Below the pieces are notes generated by a model that was given only the letters and a program-made list of their open reading frames with translations, searched no databases and was not told the DNA's origin. Shown in pieces: positions 24,001 to 33,000 of a DNA stretch of 35,480 bases. This stretch comes from an uncultured Gammaproteobacteria bacterium (GTDB taxonomy: Bacteria; Patescibacteriota; Microgenomatia; UBA10105; UBA927): positions 1 through 35,480 of the forward strand of contig CAZHOQ010000002.1 of assembly GCA_964533995.1 (NCBI GenBank), in the 5' to 3' direction. Positions within the stretch are counted from its first letter, which is position 1. The number at the start of each line of letters is the position of its first letter. The position numbers and the translations under genes are program-made.

Positions 24001-27000
24001 TATCGGGCTCGTGCCTGCCGATAATCTGAGTCCGCCGGCACAGCAGTCATCCCCGGGCATCTTCCCGTTTATTAACAATCCGATTCAGGGAGTTATCCGT
24101 GCCATCTTCCCCCAAAGCGCACCGGAAAGTCCTGATCGGAAATCTGGTGCCGATACAAATACCGAGCAGCCGAAGGTTGTGAATTCCAATGAATCAACAA
24201 GGGTCACTACACAGCTTGAGCCGATCCGGGAGTTTCTGATTGCCCATCCCCAAATCAGGCAGATGGGACTGGCGGGCCAATTAGATGCGCTGATTCTTGA
24301 AGGACTTGCTACATTGACGTCTCCGGATGATCAGTACCGGTTTATACGGGAGGCAAATACGCTGTTACAGCCGCGTCTTAGCGATTATCTTGATCAGATT
24401 TACCTGCGGGACATGAAAGTTGACCTACGGAAAGAAACCGAACGACTGCGCTATCTGGTTATGGAGGAACGGTTTTTGGCTTTGGGGTTTGACTTTCATG
24501 CCGCATCATCCCTGTTTATTTACCTGCGGACGCCGGGGACGAGCGGACGGGATCTGGTGAGCGTTGTTCTGGAGGATGATGCAGAGACCGGGATTCCGCA
24601 ATTATACGTATCCGATTATCGGGGTACGACGCGCAAGTTAACGCTATTTACCGAGTATCTGGCATCGATGAAAGTAGGGGATATGCTGCAAGAAAGTTCC
24701 GGTATAGGCGGAGGCAGCATGTTCGCATACCAGAAGCAAACGGACGGTTCATTTGCAAAAGCCCGGTTGGTTGCCGCCCAGGGTTATGACACATTTACGG
24801 CGGAAGTGGTCCGCTCCGTATCGCTGTCAGCAAGCAAGTTCTGGCAAGCACTCGATGCTTCGGTACAGGCTAGGGATGCTGCTACGCTTATTGCGGCGTT
24901 GAAGACGGATCCGCAGATTGCCGAACTGTTAACACGGCAATATGAAGGCAATTCCGTCGAGGAGCGATTGCGAAAAGCTTTTCAGTCACACACGTCCGAT
25001 CCGACTCAACATTTGATCGTTACTCCTCGGGATGTGGCATTATTGTTGGTTTTTGCGGCATTTCCGCCATCGGAACGGGAGTATGTGACCGCTGTTGCCG
25101 TATCCCTTGTCAGTAATGGTGAGGTTCCGGATGGCGTAGGCCGTTTGGCACTGCTTGTCGCGTCAGGTGACGTATTCCGGTACTTCACATCCGATGATGT
25201 GGCTTCTACGGATCTGGTAAGAAAAATTGTTGATGTTGCCGCAGGATTCGGACAGAGCGAACTGGACGTCAGGGACGTGCTTACGGATGTATATCAGGGT
25301 CGATATGGCTTGCCGTTTGATACCAAAAAAGTACTTGCGCTGAATAAGGCAATCCACGCGGTTAGGGCACACACAACGAATACGGAACAGATAAGTTCCG
25401 CATTCCCGTCGTTATTCCAGCGGGTCGCCATGGTCCGGGACAATATCATACACACACCGTATCCTGCGCATCGGATTGACCCCAAAACCGGATATCCCGT
25501 ATTACCCGACGGCACTGCGGCAAGCGATCATGCCGTTATTTCCTCCTCGGATCGTGCATCGGAAGAAGATATCGAGAAGGCGAGAAAAGTGTTGGAGAAG
25601 ATTCGTCCGGACGGGACATTCATCCTGGGCCACAGTCCGACACCAGGAGACGCGTCCCAGTCCCAGCTTCTTGGCCAGGAGAAGGCGGTGCAGCTGCTCG
25701 TTAATTTTATCGTTTTCGGAATATGGCCGCAGTACGAAACACCGGAGCTTTCCCGGTATGAATCCGCTCCGTGGATCGGCACATTTAACTTGGTGGATCC
25801 GCACAACGTATCTGCCGGCCGGTATTTCGAAAACGGAGCAGCCGTCATCATCGATCCGCGTGCGGAGCATCCGTACAATGCAATAGATGAGCAGGAAACA
25901 TCAGTATATGTTCCGCCTCAATATCTTCTCTATATCGTGCCCACATGGGCGCATGGGGATCAATTGCTCCGCGAGGCCATTAAATTACGACGCCTGAACC
26001 CCGATGAGGCAAAAGATCTGGATAGCAGGATATTCACCATCCAGGATGTTATTGACGGAACATTCGAACGCTACATAAGTAGGAACGAACCGGCGAGCGA
26101 TGTAGAGCAGTTTGCCCAGGATCGCCTAGACGAGGCGGAAAACAACTGTAATGGCAACCAGACTTCGATACCAACGTTTACCGTTCATGCCGCAGGCGGC
26201 AAGGTCTGCAGTATCGCGGACCGGCTGCTTGCCAACCTGAAAGGGGCGGGGATGAACGGGGATATGCCCAACAGAACCGTCTGGAACCGTGTACGGAATT
26301 TCCTTGGATTCGATGTGAACGGGCGTCCGTCAACGCGCCGCCAGTATCCCTTGTGGATTCCCGCGTTCTTCAATTTCATCCAATACAAGGTAAATGGCGA
26401 ACCGTTCATGGTGTACCTTGACCGGGAATTTGCCAAATCTCCGGGAAAGGCGTGGCTTACCGCAAGCTGGCATCTTGCCAGGGCAGTTTTCGTATGGGCC
26501 GATACGACGCTGTTGTTCACACCGCGGAACGACATTCGCACCATGATGGTAACCATGCAAAATCCAATTGCGATGTTTGTCATGCCCATTCTGGAAGAAC
26601 TGGGGTACAGAAGTAACGCGACGCTGCAGAGAGTCCAAACCTTCCTGGGGCGTTTCGGAGTTCACTTAAGCGGATTCCAGATGCGCCGTCTTTCTGATGT
26701 CGTGTTTGTTTTGTACCATATACCCAATTACATCATCGCTCCGCAGCTTATCCCGTTCCAGCTCGTGTCGAAATTCTTCGGTGCGGCATTCATGCAGAAG
26801 CTCGCAAACGAACGGGGACTGGGCACGTCGATAGCATTCCATACGTTTTTTAACACGATGGTTGCCGCGATGGAGGCGTTAACCGTTTCCCCGAATGGGG
26901 CAGTCGCTGCCCAGTCACCTTCCTACGCCTGGGCGCCATTCGGCGTCATCACCGCGGTCCAGGTTGCGCTAGGCACGAAGGAGCTGATAGACGATTACCG

Positions 27001-30000
27001 GATTGACCGGACCCTGCGGGGTCTCAGAGCGGGAGAAGAGAGGACGCAAGCTCAAGTTTGGATACCGCGTCTTCTTGCAGTGCCAGCTACTAACGGATAC
27101 AAATATCTTTCCGGTCTCGAAATGTCCTATGAAGTGCACCGGAAGGGAAGCGGCAACGAAAGTGATGTGGTGTCTGCCGTTATTCAGGATATCGTAGATA
27201 ATGCACCCCGGAATTTATCTTCTGAGCTAATCCGGGACAGGATCGAAAACGGCTTGAAACATCTTTCGGACGTATATGGGGTTGCCCAAGATTCTTATCT
27301 TGAGGCGGTTGATGCTTGGGTAGAACAGTACCTAGAGAACGTAATTACCGCTGCACGGCAAACGCAGGAGACTTGGTGGGGGCGTATTTCCCGACTTATC
27401 AGTGATTTGTTTAGACGAGCAAGCAGTAGTCGATTCCCTCACGAAGCGGACGTCCAGGACCGCCTTGACGATGCGGAAAGCAACTGTAGCGGCAACCAGA
27501 CCTGGATACCCACGTTCACCGTTCATGCCGCCGGCGGCAAAGTCTGCAGCATCGTGGACCGGCTGCTTACTTCCCTGAAACATGATGTGGGAATGACCGG
27601 TGACATGCCGATCCGGACGATTATCGGGACGGGCGCATCTGTTCTAGGCGGGGGATCGGGCGATGCGGCGGACGGACCAATCGAACTGTACGGCACTGCG
27701 GTATCCCCCTTGTCCAGAAACGACCGCGAGCAATTATGGGCAAGCGGCAGGGATTTGCATTCGGACCGCGGCCGCGTATACGAAATTCCCGGCGGACGGG
27801 TGTACCAGGAAAAAGAGGTGTATTACCATTTCGCATCGAAGGATGCGCTTATCCGGCAGCTCCGGTTTCTTGTCCTCCTGACCCAGAAGGGATTCTTCCC
27901 TCCGGATACGACATGGTTCTATTACCGGATGGACAACGGGGAATATTCCATTGCGGCGAACATGCCGTATCTTCAGAAGACGGCAGGCATCCCCAGGCCG
28001 GACCGGCGAACCTCTTCCGAAGCGATCACCGGGCCCATGCAGCGCGTATTTTCTTCGTTCCGGATCGGAGTCAACCAAAGCGACCCGGACTACCAGGAAC
28101 AACTAGTCTGGGCGGCCATGATCGCGGCCGACGCGTTAAAGTACGACAACTGGGCAGACGATGGGAAACAGATCTACCTTATAGACATCGAAGGTGTTAC
28201 GAACCGCCCGCAGGCAGTCGATGCGGTACTGGATCATTTGGATCCGTCAGCAGAGACGGGAAATATTTGGAGTTGGTTGCGCGGATTGATTGATTTAATA
28301 CGTAATGGCGGTATCGGCGGCGGGCCGGCACCGGTTGGGGAAGGGGACGGGGAAGCGACGATACGCCTGCCGGTCACCACATCCGCCGAGCAGGTGCGAC
28401 TTAAAAGCGACGGGGCGGCGTGGCAAACGGCCAGGGAAATCCTGCTTGTTCCAATACTCCCTGTCAGATTATTCATATATTATTTCAATGGCATTGACGT
28501 GCCGACACTTGTTGGTCGGATGGACAATCTCCCCTCCGTGCTTGAATGGCTCCGGACGATTGAGGCACTCCCGATTCTTGATAAATACACCGCATCATTC
28601 GGGAAACGTCAGGCAATGGAAGAAATCTTCGATAACCTGTTAGCTAATCCGGACCGGGCGGCAATTATCCGGCATCTTCCAGATTTGCTTAACAGCGGGA
28701 AAGCACTCGGCATGTCCGAGGAGCAATTGACGGAACTTATGATCGTTACGACCGAAATGCCCGTATCGATCATGGTTAAGACTGCGGGGCTTCTGCCTAC
28801 GTTGAGGAAGTGGCATGGCGAGGATCCGTATGGCAGCTTCCTCGACAAATATAACCAAACCGGCGTCATATATGCGTTTCTCCACGTGCAGAATCCATTG
28901 CCGGTGCTGCCGTATATCGACGGATGGGTAGAGATTTTGGAAAAAGACGAGCGGCTGGACGGATTCCTGAAGACACAGGCGCTCGCGTCGCTTATCACCG
29001 CTCCCGACCCATCGCGCATACCGCCGGCGGATCTTCCTCAATATATCAATCAAGTCGTGGAGCTCCGGGGGATAGCCGAACTAACCGAAGAAGACCTCCA
29101 CTTCGAGAGTGATTACTTCGAATACGTATTCAGCAGGACGGATCCCAAGCGTACATACGAATCCGTCCGGTTTGTGTTCTATGATCCGGAGACGCTTGCC
29201 ATCATCAATACGGACCTAACCCGGCGGCAGGTTATCGGGCTTATGCGGTACGGGCTCGGCGGTTCACTTACGAGCAATCACACACTGTTCCGTCCCCTTG
29301 AGGAAATGCTGCTTGATGCAGGACTTCAGTATTCAGACATCTCACTGGTGATCGGCAGGAATCTGGATCGGTCTGCCGTACTTCCCGCGGTAGTCGCCGA
29401 CGAGCGGATTACCGGGCTCATCCGCGGACTGCGGTATCTGGGTTTTCCATCCAAGCTCAAGGGGGAAATCATCAGAAATGCCATATCCAAATTTTTGGGC
29501 GAATCTACGGAGGCGGAAAAAACAAGTATTGCAACCGAACAGAATATCGCAGCTCTGAACTCACTCTGGAAACTCCAAAACGATCCGGCGCTTATTACGG
29601 CAGGTCACTTTGACACGCTCACTGCTGAGTATGGAGAGACATTTGTCCGTGAGGGGCTGTATGCACTGGGGACGTATGTTGCCGAGGTATACGACGCCTA
29701 TACCCGCTGGATCAGGAATTATCCCGATCCTGCGAAACGGGATGAGGCGATCGGGGTGATCAAGCTTTTCAAGGAACTCGGTATCAGTATCGATAACAAT
29801 AGGATTTACGGATTTACGCATTTGCCGGAGGTCGTCGTGGTAGCGGTAGAGGCGATGCCGGACACGGATAGGGAAACGAAGACGAGGTTGCTTGTCGAAT
29901 TTTCCGCATACCGGGCGCGTGGTGATTCGCTCAAGGAAGAGGCGCTCCTAAAGATTATCCGTGAAGGCAGGTTTACGGAATTTGCGAGCGACTATCAAAA

Positions 30001-33000
30001 GCTCCGGATTCTTGAAGACCGGGATGTGATCGCGATGAAAGATGCGGCGACGCTCAATAGCCTCTATGCGAGACAACGGGAGCGCCTTCAGGAAGTCGTC
30101 GGAAGCATGTTGGAGACGCGTTATTCGGAAAAGTACGTCGCCGATCTTGTTGAGGGACTTGTAACCCTGTGTGCCGTCGTGTGTGCCAGTCAGGAAATGG
30201 TTGAATTTCCGGTGGGCAACGCGACCTTTGCTGTTCCATTGGCGTTCGGAGAAGAGCTTGCCGAACAAGTGACTGACCTTTCGGAGTTTGCCAAAAGGCT
30301 TTTTGTTTACATCATTGCCGATTCCGTCGTTAAGGAGAATCCGTACGCGATTGTTGACCTTGGAGTGCTCCAAATCGGTCAGACGGTCGATAAGGTTGGC
30401 AACAGAAGAAACGCGCTAGATTTAAATGAAACATATGCCGCGGTTCAGCGGAACATTGAGGCATCTACAGCCGTTTGGAAACAGGCTCAGGAGCTTCGGG
30501 ACGAAGAAGCGGGAAGGCCGGTATTCATCATCGCAAACGAACGGACCGCCCCGGCGGATGTGGCGGCGGAAGCGTTCTCGCCGGAAACGGCCAAAGCCCA
30601 GGGGATCGTGCAGGACGTGCCGTATGACGATATTTTCCCGTGGATGCTGGAGAATAAGGCGCTTATTGATCGGTTGTACGACCAGTACCAGAAAGGTCAG
30701 CCCCTTACCGGATCCATACCCGCGGATATCGTCCAGATGCTCGGGCTGAACTCCGGCGGCAGGATCATACCCATTTACCGCCTCAAAATCGCATCCTCAG
30801 ACGGGAATATCGGCAAGGATTCGGATGGATTTCCGGCAGTGCTGACGTTCATGAAACTTGCTTCGCTTCTAAACGGCAAGGTCCTGTTCGTTGACGAATC
30901 CACGAGAGTCGCACCCCGATCGATTGTTTCCGTATACGGTTCGCTTGACCGGCGCCAGAAGGAGCTCGGCGGCGTCCGGGTCCGGATGGTTGGGAAATTG
31001 CATAATGCCGTATGGGATACGGGCGCGAAATTTACTGATGCTAACCCTGGCCGCCCTCATATGGATGTCACCTTCCTTGATCCTTGGACCTATCAGGATA
31101 AATCCATTACGGACGACAGTTTCGGATTCGTACCGGAAGTGGAAGGAACCGGCTATGTGAAGATTGTCGTTCCGGCACAGCTTTCGCTTTCCGTACAGGT
31201 CGGCAAAACCATGCAGGATACCTGGAAGCGGATGATTGCCGGTCAGGTTGCACAGCGCATGGGCTGGGAGCAGGCGCCGGAACATGGCGCAGAAAACGCT
31301 GAGCAGGCCAAATTGACGAAAGCATTCGCCAGGCCGTATAAGGCCGTAAGCCTGGATTTTGATGGGACGTCCAACAACGAAACGATTCAGCGTGTAAGAA
31401 CGCTCCTTACCGAAGGCACAATGGTCATATTCAACACCGCCCGTTCGACCGTTGAACATCCGGAGTATAACGGAGGCATTGCGATCATATCCGACCAGCT
31501 GTCCGACTTGCCGCAGGAAGCGCTCGATTTATTGTGGTTCTCGACGGAGGACGGAGGCTACATCGCACCGTTTACGGCGCTCGAATCACCGATATTCACG
31601 GCACCTATGGAGCCTGCGGCAGAGGTGAAGATTCGCTCTTATATCCGGTCTTCCGTCCGTATCACCCGCGGCATATACGACGAACGCGTGTCGATTGTCT
31701 TGCGGTTTAATCATGGAAAGGAGACCGAGGCCGCATTAGCACAACTTACGAAATTCGTCACCCAAAATAATTTACCATTATTGGTAGTTTCCCGAAGCCG
31801 TCATGGTATTGCCATACGGTCCGATAAAGCCAGCAAGGCAAATATTTTTCCGCTTCTTGAGGAAGAAGGTGTTGCGGTGGACGATGTTCTAAAGGTAGGG
31901 GACAGTGCGGAAGGCAACGATAGGGATCAGCTTATCGGACGCGGTGCGTTCAATGTCGGCCCGAATCGGGGAGGGACCCAGGATACTATTTACTGGGGTG
32001 ACCGGGAGATCGGAACCAACGACATACTTGACCGCGCGGCGTTCGTCCCTGCCCGGGAAGGTACGGACAAGAGAACTCAGCCGGAAAGCAAGGATTCCGT
32101 GCTGGGTATCGATACGGATTGTTTTTCCGCAAATCCGTTTATACCGAAAGTATACGCTGCAGACGGATCCGGGCATACCTGCAGCCCGTTTTTCCGGGCT
32201 CCATGGAAGGTGGTATTCGAGAATGCCGATGAGGCATTCGATACGGAAAAGCGGGATAGGCTTATGAAGCGGGTAGGGGAAGAGGTTGGAGGGGTGTTCG
32301 GTACGATGGCAGACCGGTCTATCGGTCTTGCGAGAAAGTTTATAAAACTCGAATTACTGACAAGGCTCGGGTATGCCCTGTTTGGCAAGTACGGGGGCAA
32401 CTCACAGCTCCCGCCTCCGGATAAGTTCGTACTTGGCATGACCGGTGTCGGATGCTGGTTTAATAACTGCCAGGAGGGATGCACCACTGGCTTGCAATGC
32501 AGCGAAACGACCGGCTGTTGTACGGGCATCAAAAATTATAAGGACACCATATGCTCCTCGGACGGCAATGCGGAGATGGACCGGCATATGACGGATGATT
32601 TGTTCCAGCCGGATGAGGTCAGGCTCTGCGATGAGCGTGGTTGTAAGGACGGCAAATGCCAAGGATACAAAACAGATACGGACGGCCTGCCCGCATGCTC
32701 GTCCTTGCCGGTGGCATACAACATGTCGGACTTTTCGGAATGGAGTTATTTACCGGTAACCGGTTGTGTCAATGATGACGGGACGCTGGGGTATAAAATG
32801 GGTGTTCCGACGGACGAATTTAAGGATTACTCCTGCTCACTTGACGGCACCAAAGTGCTTAATACGGAAGGTGAGGTAGTGCATACATGCGGAAGCGGCG
32901 TGACCTGCGCGAAATTTGCTGATTCGGTAGACTGTTTTCTCCCTTCCTCGATCCAGGCGCTCGAAATGTGCAGCCCGACGGTGCGACTTGCAAGCGGGTT

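Noticed and set aside
23850-24030. SH3-like or Tudor-like small beta domain (GARVFVTYTDDQGQPHENEAAVLARRFEEGVPVPVWVVISESGYEDIGLVPADNL)
   Set aside because: Only a generic alternating beta pattern, with no diagnostic motif. It needs structure prediction.
28325-30755. HEAT/ARM/TPR-type helical repeat array between the kinase-like and HAD regions
   Set aside because: The region looks helical and Leu-rich, but I could not establish a repeat period or consensus by eye. Left unannotated.
30780-31150. Phosphoribosyltransferase-like motif in LNGKVLFVDESTRVAPRSIV
   Set aside because: Only a loose resemblance to the PRPP-binding loop (vllVDDvxdTGxT). The acidic pair and the TG are not conserved and no flanking PRT elements are recognisable.
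13022-32182. Cys loops as inteins, lipoboxes or internal signal peptides
   Set aside because: At 17-24 residues they are far too short for Hint/intein blocks, and no HN-C junction is present. The residues before the first Cys (e.g. DNP-C, DLL-C, ENN-C) do not fit the L-[AS]-[GA]-C lipobox. There is no hydrophobic h-region before the A-x-A-like site.
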